From a virus, in the IMG/VR virus record IMGVR_UViG_3300044529_000082, positions 8,299 through 72,298 of that record: DNA of 64,000 nucleotides. One strand, given 5' to 3'. Every line of letters starts with the position of its first letter. The first letter of the stretch is position 1. Below the pieces are notes generated by a model. That model had not been told where the DNA came from. It worked only from the letters and a program-made list of their open reading frames with translations, and did not search any database. A program made the translations under genes and the position numbers. Below are positions 17,809-26,159 of this stretch, piece after piece.

Positions 17809-19807
17809 GCGAGTTCTAGACTGGGATTCGAACTGGTTTCAAGGCGTCCAAAGTTCGATGGACCCCTCCCAGGTCCCGCTTGGCTACGCGTGGTCTGTTG
17901 AGAACATGCTGAACCTCGGCGGCCTGTGGTCGTGCCGCCCAGGTCACCGGTGCATCAAGCTCCTGCCGGACGGCAATCTTCAGGGCGCCGCGATTTTCCG
18001 TCCCCAGGTCGGAATCGAGCAAATCGTGGTCGCGATTGACGGGCTGCTCTATGCGGCGGCCTATCCGTTCTATGAAGGCTGGCGCCAGCTCCCCGGCATT
18101 CAGCTCTCCGCTTCTGCAAAACAGATTTTCTGGGCTCTCGCAGTCCAGTCCGCGGAGCGGCTCTCGCTCGACATCGCCGCGGGAATCAAAGTCATCGAGC
18201 CCAAGGTTGTATTGTTCGCGCAGGACGGTCTTCTGACTGCTCCGGCGTGGTATGACGGCTCAAATTCTGGCCACGTGCGCGGCGACCCCTTCGGCACTCC
18301 TTCTGGCGGACCTATGGTGTGGGTCGGCGACCGCCTGTGGGTCGCAGCAGGCAATCAGGTTTACGCGAGCGACGTTGCCAATCCCTTTTCGTTTCGTGAG
18401 CAGATTTATCTCGGCGGCGCGACCAGTTTTTTCTTCGCCGATGAAGTCACCGCCATGCAGAAAACCCCCTCGATTGAGTCGCCGCAGCTCATGGTATTCA
18501 CGGGCGACAACGCTTCGCTCTTGCAGGCCAACATTCGCGACCGGTCGCAGTGGCCTACTACCGTCGATTTTCAAGTCGAGGTTGTGCAGGTCGGCTGCCT
18601 GTCTCAAAAATCGGTCGTGTCCCATTACGGACACATCATATGGTTCTCTCCTTCGGGAGTAGCCATCTACGACCCGGCTACTAGTGGCAAGCTAACAAGC
18701 CGCCTTCCTGTCCGTGATAGCGAAATGATGGTGTCTAAAATAGGCTTGTCTGATGACCTATCGCTGGTCTGTGCCGCAACCTTCGGGCAATACATGCTGA
18801 TGTCGGTGCCGCACGAGGACGTCCACAATAAGCACACTTGGGTCCTAAATAACGCATCCCTGGCATCGCTCAATGACGACTCTGGTCCGTGCTGGTCTGG
18901 TCATTGGACCGGGACGCGTCCAGTGGAATGGTTGTTTGGCGAGATTGCCAGCCAGGAGCGCATTTATCACGTTGCGGCGGACACTGACGGGCATAATCAC
19001 TTATGGGAATCCTTTACTCCGGACCGGCTGGACGGCGGGTGTCCGATTGCCTGGAAAATAGAGACCCGCGGCTATTTTGGGCAGACGGCAGCCATCCAAT
19101 CGAAGCCCCCCGGCGAGCGGGTCCGGTTGCTCTATGTCGATGTCGCCCTGGCGGGCATTTCTGAGAATCTGGACCTGGGGGTCTTCTTTGCGGGCGGCAC
19201 GCGCGGCGCTTTTCGTCAGCTCATGGACCGGCGGCTGAACGTGTCTAAGGGCTCCCTATCCTACACGCTCAAGCTGGACGCGAATACGCAGATTTTTGCA
19301 TTCAAGCCGCAGAGCCGAAATGAACGGACCCAGGACGCGAATCAAATCGACAATGCCGAGGACGGCTCGTGCCCAGTCGAGCGCTTTGACCTCGACAATA
19401 TCGACGATTCTTTTCAGCTAGCAATCTGCGGGCACGGCCCGGCAACGATTCGCTGGATTCGGCCCTGGGGGCTCACCGTCCCGCCCAATGTGGACGGTAA
19501 CGGAATGGCGTGCGAAGATGAAGTCACTCTGAAGGCGGTCCGGTTCGATGGCTGGGGCGCCCACGGCGACACGCTGCAAGAACTGGTAGATACGCTAACT
19601 GCGGCACCTATGTTTTTCTTCGAGTCCAACGAGACGGCATCGCTTTCGATAGACGATTTCATAGCCATCGGGACCGGCTACGCGCAGTCGGTGATATCAC
19701 AGCGCGCGGCGGACCGGGTAGCGAAAATCATTGCCACGAATCAGGCCGAAATGGAACTGGCTTCCGTGCGACCGCCGACGCTTTCAACCGGATTGGGATT
19801 TGAATAA
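17801..19807 (+). CDS. Probable tail nozzle / tail tubular protein B
   Basis: About 668 aa, beta-propeller-like content (GDRLWVAAG, VGCLSQKSVV, IIWFSPSGV), podovirus synteny. Confidence 0.6.
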   Translation: MPERVLDWDSNWFQGVQSSMDPSQVPLGYAWSVENMLNLGGLWSCRPGHRCIKLLPDGNLQGAAIFRPQVGIEQIVVAIDGLLYAAAYPFYEGWRQLPGIQLSASAKQIFWALAVQSAERLSLDIAAGIKVIEPKVVLFAQDGLLTAPAWYDGSNSGHVRGDPFGTPSGGPMVWVGDRLWVAAGNQVYASDVANPFSFREQIYLGGATSFFFADEVTAMQKTPSIESPQLMVFTGDNASLLQANIRDRSQWPTTVDFQVEVVQVGCLSQKSVVSHYGHIIWFSPSGVAIYDPATSGKLTSRLPVRDSEMMVSKIGLSDDLSLVCAATFGQYMLMSVPHEDVHNKHTWVLNNASLASLNDDSGPCWSGHWTGTRPVEWLFGEIASQERIYHVAADTDGHNHLWESFTPDRLDGGCPIAWKIETRGYFGQTAAIQSKPPGERVRLLYVDVALAGISENLDLGVFFAGGTRGAFRQLMDRRLNVSKGSLSYTLKLDANTQIFAFKPQSRNERTQDANQIDNAEDGSCPVERFDLDNIDDSFQLAICGHGPATIRWIRPWGLTVPPNVDGNGMACEDEVTLKAVRFDGWGAHGDTLQELVDTLTAAPMFFFESNETASLSIDDFIAIGTGYAQSVISQRAADRVAKIIATNQAEMELASVRPPTLSTGLGFE

Positions 19808-21429
19808 TGGATAGCGTTCTTGATTTTTTATTCCTGCGGCGGCTCAAGTTTGAATACACGAGCCCTCCCATATGCCCTATCTCGCCCGCCAGTGCGAGCG
19901 GAACCGGCATTCAGGGACAGGTAATCAGCCCGATTCTCAAGATGCGGACTCCGACCGTCTCGGGCCGATTTTTAATTTGGCCCTGCCAAGCGACGGAAAT
20001 TTGCTACAATATCTATTTCAACAATGGTGGTATTTTGACGGAAGTCGCCACTTGCATTTCTCCTAACTCGGTGCTTGTGTGCAGCGCCGGGTGCTGGAAA
20101 AGCATCCCGCTTTTTGGACAGACGCCCGGGCCAGAAACTACTCCGGTATGCGTCGATGGCAGCGCGCCCGTAGTAATCTCACTTCCCGCAGAGCCCGGTG
20201 TAACCGGATATGAAATCTATTTTAGCCCTGACGGAGTAAGTTACGAGCTTATTTTGGCGGGAGAATTCTGCGCGGCATTTGAGACTTGCACCCTTGGATG
20301 TTACAGCCTATCAGCTATCACCGGCGATGGCGAAACTCCGCCCAGTGACCCGGCTTGTAACGGAGGGGACCCCACGATTTCAATCACGAGCCCCGCCGAT
20401 GGAACTACAGGAGACCTGCCCTATTCTACTTCGATAGTGGCCGCGACAAACGAAAACGGGCATACTCCGGTCCAAGTGGACTTTTATGATGGTGCCTCGT
20501 TGCTCGGGTCGGTTTTAGGGGCGGGACCATATTCGCTTCCCTGGACGCCGACAGTGCTAGGGATGCACATCCTAACGGCCGTGCTGGTCTATGATAGCGC
20601 ACTGACCGTCACTTCAGCTCCGATAAGCGTCAACATAGACGTAATACTCCCGGGCTCTAACGATTTGCTTCAGCAGACCGAGAGCTTCGATTTTGATTCG
20701 ACCCCGGACGGCACGCTTATTTCGCCTTGGTTGGATAAGACTCCCTATCATAACAATTGGGTGCATTACGTTACAGACCCCGTTGTGGATGGGACAATTA
20801 CGGCCGGTGGGCATAAAACGTTACGCTTTTCCGGAACTGGCACGTGCGGCTTAAAAAGCATCAATAAATTTATTCCTAACGGGCTTACCGGGATGGAACT
20901 AATGGTTATTTTCCGAGCCGCTGTTGACCCTCCCCCTACTAGAAATGCAGTAATCACGTATCAAACAACCCCCAACGAAGCGGGAGGGACCGTGGCAACG
21001 CACGCTGACCAAGGCGCCAATCCGGCAGTAGCGGGTTGCGGAGGCGCAGGCCCGTTTTATCTAGAAACATTTTGTGTAGATAATACGCTAGGGGCCGTTG
21101 CGAACTGTGGCCCATTTCTTAATTTGGGAACACCAGCTACGAATACGGCTTCGGAATTTGTGTGCTATAACCTCTCAGCAGAATCCGGAGGCCCCTTTGA
21201 CGCGTTTATTAATTCTGAGCATTTCTTTACCAGTCCGACCGGATTCCCTTTTATTAGCCAGGGGACGGAAATTTTTTATACCGTGGGCTGGGGGCTTAAT
21301 TCCAATGGGTCCGCTGATTATTTTGCTGGAAACATAGCCGCGGTGTATCTGTGGAAACGGGCGCTAACCTCGGATGAGCGGGATAAGGCGCGCATCTATA
21401 TCGCCCAAAAATGGGGAGTGCCTTTTTAA
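19807..21429 (+). CDS. Virion protein with Ig-like and lectin/LamG-like domains
   Basis: PTISITSPADG..VDFYDG..PYS..W..G.HILTA (Ig-like); FAGNIAAVYLWKRALT..YIAQKWG (LamG-like end). Confidence 0.6.
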   Translation: MDSVLDFLFLRRLKFEYTSPPICPISPASASGTGIQGQVISPILKMRTPTVSGRFLIWPCQATEICYNIYFNNGGILTEVATCISPNSVLVCSAGCWKSIPLFGQTPGPETTPVCVDGSAPVVISLPAEPGVTGYEIYFSPDGVSYELILAGEFCAAFETCTLGCYSLSAITGDGETPPSDPACNGGDPTISITSPADGTTGDLPYSTSIVAATNENGHTPVQVDFYDGASLLGSVLGAGPYSLPWTPTVLGMHILTAVLVYDSALTVTSAPISVNIDVILPGSNDLLQQTESFDFDSTPDGTLISPWLDKTPYHNNWVHYVTDPVVDGTITAGGHKTLRFSGTGTCGLKSINKFIPNGLTGMELMVIFRAAVDPPPTRNAVITYQTTPNEAGGTVATHADQGANPAVAGCGGAGPFYLETFCVDNTLGAVANCGPFLNLGTPATNTASEFVCYNLSAESGGPFDAFINSEHFFTSPTGFPFISQGTEIFYTVGWGLNSNGSADYFAGNIAAVYLWKRALTSDERDKARIYIAQKWGVPF

Positions 21430-21432
21430 CGT

Positions 21433-22275
21433 ATGCCTAATCCAATAGTCAATCGCAGATTGGTTTCTGCAACTGGCCCGAGCTTAGACCCGGTCGTGTC
21501 TGCTTGGGCGGCAAGTGTCGTCGCGAATGGCGGCACGCTCCCGTCTATGGCCACACAGATGGCACTCAATACTTTTTACGGGTCCATTTCGACCATAGCG
21601 TCGAAAATGATTGCCGTGAACTGCTTCGCTCCAGACAGCTTAATAGCGGCCATAACCCCGCTGATTCACACCGCGGGGAGCAATCCGTGGACGAACCATA
21701 ACTTTGTCGGAGGCGACATCGCCATTCAAGGGTTACTGGGGAACACTTCTTCTAAGTATCTCGACACTGGATGCAATCCGGCTAGTATTTACCCGAATGA
21801 CAATGGCTGCGGGTTTACTCTCTATAGTGCTTCGACCGGGTCGGCCCTTTCGGCGCGAATGAACGCCTATAACGGTAGCACGATGGCGGGACTGTATCAA
21901 GACAGTTCGTCCAGCTATACGGGGGCCTATCAGGCCTGGGATACTTCTTTCGTAATCAGTGCGCTTTTTCCGGCAGGGACCTTCGGTTTCACCAGCGCGA
22001 ACAGGACGGCTTCCAACGCGGTCGCGATTTACAGAGCCAACTCTCTCACTGCGTTTGCAGCGGGTTCCTCGGCAGGAGGCGCCCCCGGCGGCAGGCCAAA
22101 TTTGAATTTGTGGATGAATTGCTGGAACTTTAACGGTTCTCCCTCGCAGTTTCCTGTTTCCGCTACTCGCTATTCTTTTGCGGCGATTCATCTGGGGCTC
22201 ACTTCGGGGGAAGCGCAGACACTATATAACGCAGTCCAGGCGCTAAGAATCACACTCGGCGGAGGCTATACCTAA
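21433..22275 (+). CDS. Virion structural protein, lectin-like
   Basis: 280 aa, S/T/N/G-rich, KYLDTG and FAAIHLGLT..LYNAVQAL motifs. Confidence 0.55.
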   Translation: MPNPIVNRRLVSATGPSLDPVVSAWAASVVANGGTLPSMATQMALNTFYGSISTIASKMIAVNCFAPDSLIAAITPLIHTAGSNPWTNHNFVGGDIAIQGLLGNTSSKYLDTGCNPASIYPNDNGCGFTLYSASTGSALSARMNAYNGSTMAGLYQDSSSSYTGAYQAWDTSFVISALFPAGTFGFTSANRTASNAVAIYRANSLTAFAAGSSAGGAPGGRPNLNLWMNCWNFNGSPSQFPVSATRYSFAAIHLGLTSGEAQTLYNAVQALRITLGGGYT

Positions 22276-22280
22276 AATTT

Positions 22281-23108
22281 ATGAGCTTAAAAGACACCAG
22301 TCTAATCATCCAGGCAGCGCCGCTGCCCTTGACATTCGAAGGAACGCCCAACGAATTTCTGGCCGCCATGGTCCAGAGGATGCGGGTCGTTTCGCCCAAC
22401 GGCGCGAACTTCATTTTCATCGGCGACATCGCACCTACTACCAACTTAGGTCCCTGGCTGAAGGGCGGGACGCAGTGGTATGTGTGGGATAATTCCAGCA
22501 ACTCCTACGTGCCGCTCGACGTGTCGGCGTCAATCACAATTCCGTATTGGATTGGCAACGCGACCCCGACCGGAAATTCTCCGCCGGTGTGGTTGCAGAC
22601 CACGAACAACTCTACCGACACGGACCCAAACGGCTACGGAACCCCGCTCTCGTGGTTTTTCTGGAACGGCACGAGCTGGCAGTCTTTCAATTCTGTGCCC
22701 GAGTCCGGTTCGACCAGTTTGCGCCCCGCGGCCCCGCTGAATTATCAGCAATATTTTGACACGGACATCAACGTCCTGATTCACTGGGAAAGAAGCGCTT
22801 GGCGAACAGTCTCCGGTTCTCCGGGCGATTTGAAATATGTCACCGCGGCCACACAAGCGGTAGCGCTTCAGCAGAACCCCGGCTGGGTCATTTTCTCGGA
22901 TACGGTGACCGCCTATCGCGGCCGCGGGCTCTCTCAGGCCACTCAGGACTCCGGGACCAATCCCGTGTATGTCCAAACCCCCCCGTCAGGGGTCACGGCG
23001 CGCGCGGTCGGGGATACCTGGGGCGAAACGACCCTGTTGCAGCTCAACGGGGTGTCTCAAACCACCTTGCCCCCGCAGATTGCGTTCTTTTTGTTGGTCA
23101 AGCAGTGA
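22281..23108 (+). CDS. Virion / tail fibre-associated protein
   Basis: 275 aa with WYVWD and WNGTSW fibre-like motifs. Confidence 0.55.
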   Translation: MSLKDTSLIIQAAPLPLTFEGTPNEFLAAMVQRMRVVSPNGANFIFIGDIAPTTNLGPWLKGGTQWYVWDNSSNSYVPLDVSASITIPYWIGNATPTGNSPPVWLQTTNNSTDTDPNGYGTPLSWFFWNGTSWQSFNSVPESGSTSLRPAAPLNYQQYFDTDINVLIHWERSAWRTVSGSPGDLKYVTAATQAVALQQNPGWVIFSDTVTAYRGRGLSQATQDSGTNPVYVQTPPSGVTARAVGDTWGETTLLQLNGVSQTTLPPQIAFFLLVKQ

Positions 23109-23115
23109 TTTTGAC

Positions 23116-23125
23116 GTAACTGTTA
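23116..23125 (+). promoter_or_regulatory. GTAACTGTTA motif
   Basis: Intergenic, before the ejection-protein cluster. Confidence 0.55.
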
Positions 23126-23251
23126 ATGGAACAAATGACTATTGACGAAAAGCGCGCAAAAGAACGCGAACGCAGCAGATTGCGACGCGCTTCTGAGACC
23201 CCCGAGCAGCGAGAAAAAAGGCTGGCTAAAGGGACTTCGGTAATACATTAA
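23126..23251 (+). CDS. 41-aa basic mini-ORF, possible endonuclease remnant
   Basis: MEQMTIDEKRAKERERSRLRRASETPEQREKRLAKGTSVIH*. Confidence 0.35.
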   Translation: MEQMTIDEKRAKERERSRLRRASETPEQREKRLAKGTSVIH

Positions 23252-23266
23252 TAGACAGGAACTTAC

Positions 23267-24268
23267 ATGGATTTTGGAGGGGTCTTCGGCGCGGCCGGGC
23301 AAATCGCAGGAGCGTTTATCGCTTCTGACGCGGCTAAAAAAGCAACGGCTATACAGAATCAAGCGATGCAAGACGTGCGTACGCGTCTTGAGGGTGAGCT
23401 GTCGCCGTCCACACTTCAGCAAATCGCCACGCAAGGCGATACGCAACGCGCGCAGCAGCAGCAGCAGTTGTTTTCTCAGATGTTTCCCGACCTTGCCTCG
23501 GCATCGTCGGCGGCTCAGAAAAGCTTGCAGATGCAGGCCGGAGGTTACGGTGCTCAGTCCCAGGCTTCTCAGGTCGGCAACGCAGCCGTTGCGGACGCGC
23601 TAAAGAACGCGGGCGCTACGCAGCAAGGCCAGAACCAACTGATTGACGCCGCGCTCGAACAACTGAAGGCCGGAGCGACCCTGCCCCCGGACGTTGAAGC
23701 GCAGCTTGTGCAATCCGGTCTCGAATCGTCCGGGATGGTTACGCAGCACGCTTCGGGTCAAGGCATCGGCGGCCAGCAAATCCGCACCCTTCTCGGCACC
23801 GCGGGCATCCAGCTTCAGCAGCAACGGCAGGTGCAGGCCGCTAGTCTGCTCACGCAGGCGCAGAATCTCGAAACGCAACGCCAGTCCGTGCTTCAGGACC
23901 TTTTCCCCAAGCTATCTTCAGTCCAGTTGCAGCAGACGCAAGGCGCCGCCGGAATTTTCAATACTGCCCAGAGCGCCGTGCCTCAAGCGGGGCTCTCCGG
24001 CACCCAGCTCGCCAACACTTGGTTGCAACGTATTGGTGCGTTGAATCAGGCTCAGGAACAACAGGCCGGTATCAATGCCTCGGGGCAGCTTGCTCAAGGC
24101 CAGATTTGGGGTAACGCAATCGGCTCTGCGGTCGGCGGTCTCGGGTCTATGGGGATTGGGGGGATGGGCGGCGGAGGGGGCCAGAAAGTGAACAATGGCC
24201 CTGCGTTGTTTTCCAGCCTTCAACTGGGAAACAGCGGGCAGTCGGCAGACTTCGGAGGAGAGCTATAA
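23267..24268 (+). CDS. Probable DNA ejection / pilot protein
   Basis: 333 aa, Q/A/G-rich, N-terminal GGVFGAAGQIAGAF typical of internal virion proteins. Confidence 0.6.
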   Translation: MDFGGVFGAAGQIAGAFIASDAAKKATAIQNQAMQDVRTRLEGELSPSTLQQIATQGDTQRAQQQQQLFSQMFPDLASASSAAQKSLQMQAGGYGAQSQASQVGNAAVADALKNAGATQQGQNQLIDAALEQLKAGATLPPDVEAQLVQSGLESSGMVTQHASGQGIGGQQIRTLLGTAGIQLQQQRQVQAASLLTQAQNLETQRQSVLQDLFPKLSSVQLQQTQGAAGIFNTAQSAVPQAGLSGTQLANTWLQRIGALNQAQEQQAGINASGQLAQGQIWGNAIGSAVGGLGSMGIGGMGGGGGQKVNNGPALFSSLQLGNSGQSADFGGEL

Positions 24269-24269
24269 T

Positions 24270-25763
24270 ATGGCGGGAATCGGCCAACCTGATGTAGAAC
24301 CACTGAGCGGCGGTGCCGCAGCGCAACCGCTAGTTTCGCCCATGCAGCCCGTTTTGACACCGAACGCGGTGCAACAGCTCGTGGACGCGGTCCACAATGG
24401 CGCCATCAACACGATTGATATCGCTAATCGGATTGGCGCTGTAGCGCAGGCGGAGAAAAAAGCGAACCTCGAAAAGCTCGGCGAATACGTTTCTCCCGAA
24501 GCGATTCAATCGCGCATGTCGCAGCTTCGAGCGCAGGGCCAGCAGGCACAGCTCACCGGTGCCCAGGCGGAAGCAGCCCAGGGGCTAGTGCAACCGGCAA
24601 CTGAAAGCCAGCTTCAGGACATAATCCAGAAAAACGAAACTCGATACAGCGCTCCTGCCGTCTCAGCCTACACCCAGTTCAATCCGCCCATTTACAAGGT
24701 GGACGAAAACGGCAACCCGACGAAGGAGTATGACGTTCAAGCCATGTCACGTGAGGGTTCGAGGTATGTCCGCGCGCAGAGCATGCTCGCTTTAGCGGCG
24801 GATGGATTAAAAGCGACGCCGACGCAGATGAAGAATCCTAAAACCGGAGCGCCGGTCACCGTGTGGCTCAATGCCAAAGGCGAGGATGTCACTCCCGTAG
24901 CTGGAAATAAGTCATACGAGTTCTATAACCAGATGCGCCGAGATGCCTACGAAGTTTTCCACGAGAAGCCGGACACTACTCCGCACGTTGAGCCAGTAAA
25001 AAACGCGGAGGGCATTAACATTTTGCCGAAAGACAATCCTCCGGCTGGAATGATTACGGGGCCGGACCAAGAAGCCGTTCCCGCACCTGGAGTTACCCCG
25101 CAGGCGTCGCAAGGAGCCGCCGCGGCGGACCCCACGCTTACTCAGCCCGCCATCGTCGCAACTTCAGAGCAGCCGACAGTTGCTCCAGATTATATGCCAT
25201 ATCAAGGAATGCAGGTCGGCCCGGTCCAGACTCCGCCCGAGGCGACGAAAGCTTTCGAAGAGAAACCGGACGTAAAAGCCTTTTACACGAGCCTTCCAGT
25301 TTACACCGGATTTGCTGACGCGTCGCGGCAGTCGATTCAGCAGCCCAGTAGCGTCTCGGACCTCGCCCTGGCAGAGTCCTACAGCAAGCTTTTCGACCCG
25401 CAATCAACGTTGCGAGAATTCAAATTCGACGCCTTGCAAAAGGCGATTCCCTGGTTGTCCAAGTTCAAAGACGCGCTCCCCATCATCGAACGCGAGCACA
25501 TGTTTCCGGACAACGTTCGAAAAGCCATCGCGCGCTCAGGGCTAGACGTGATTAACTCGCGCGAGAAAGCGCTAGTTCCGCGGCTGCAAGAAGCGCAGGC
25601 CGAAGGTGCGCTTTTGGACCCGGAGCAAAGAAAGATTCTCGCTGGCATTCCTTTTAGCTCCCGGGCCGGGCTGGACCCAATGCTCGCGGGCGCGCCCGGG
25701 TCCGCACCTGGATTGACGACACTTCCATCCGGACGGCGGGTCCGGTTCGTTCCTGGCCCTTGA
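24270..25763 (+). CDS. Probable DNA ejection / internal virion protein
   Basis: About 497 aa, helical, DLALAESYSKLFDPQSTLRE motif; synteny. Confidence 0.55.
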   Translation: MAGIGQPDVEPLSGGAAAQPLVSPMQPVLTPNAVQQLVDAVHNGAINTIDIANRIGAVAQAEKKANLEKLGEYVSPEAIQSRMSQLRAQGQQAQLTGAQAEAAQGLVQPATESQLQDIIQKNETRYSAPAVSAYTQFNPPIYKVDENGNPTKEYDVQAMSREGSRYVRAQSMLALAADGLKATPTQMKNPKTGAPVTVWLNAKGEDVTPVAGNKSYEFYNQMRRDAYEVFHEKPDTTPHVEPVKNAEGINILPKDNPPAGMITGPDQEAVPAPGVTPQASQGAAAADPTLTQPAIVATSEQPTVAPDYMPYQGMQVGPVQTPPEATKAFEEKPDVKAFYTSLPVYTGFADASRQSIQQPSSVSDLALAESYSKLFDPQSTLREFKFDALQKAIPWLSKFKDALPIIEREHMFPDNVRKAIARSGLDVINSREKALVPRLQEAQAEGALLDPEQRKILAGIPFSSRAGLDPMLAGAPGSAPGLTTLPSGRRVRFVPGP

Positions 25764-25788
25764 CATCCCCGACAAACTGTGCCATATT
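25760..25788 (+). promoter_or_regulatory. Sigma70-type promoter TTGACA-N17-CATATT
   Basis: Perfect -35, 17-nt spacer, ATG 5 nt after the -10. Confidence 0.6.
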
Positions 25789-25793
25789 TCAGC

Positions 25794-26159
25794 ATGAATA
25801 TGCTACTTATCTTGGCGGCGGGACTGTATATTTCGAGTAATCCGCAGTGGCGCGCTTTTCTGCGCGCGCTCCCCTGGTGGATATTTTTGCCCCTTGTGGC
25901 CGGTTTTTGGTCGCCCCTTGCCGGTTGGGTGCTGTTTATCCCACTCGCTGCCCTAAAATCGCTGCATTTAATTTTTACCAAAGGCCCGCGTATTTGTAAA
26001 TCCGCGATTAAGGCAGTTCGAGGTTTTTGGAATGCGATGCGGCAGGGCGCCCAGAAGCGTCCAGAACGACCTTTTGCATGTTCTGGAATGTATCCCATTT
26101 TCGAGATTCGAAATCCCGACCACATTTCATTACCGACCCAAGCCAATGCCGTTCGTTGA
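25794..26159 (+). CDS. Small membrane protein (moron, possible superinfection exclusion)
   Basis: Hydrophobic Trp/Pro-rich N-terminal half, own host-type promoter, inserted between ejection genes. Confidence 0.5.
   Translation: MNMLLILAAGLYISSNPQWRAFLRALPWWIFLPLVAGFWSPLAGWVLFIPLAALKSLHLIFTKGPRICKSAIKAVRGFWNAMRQGAQKRPERPFACSGMYPIFEIRNPDHISLPTQANAVR

Noticed and set aside
26032-26145. Upstream extension of the giant ORF
   Set aside because: Overlaps the membrane-protein gene; ATG at 26146 (MPFVDEN) is the more plausible start
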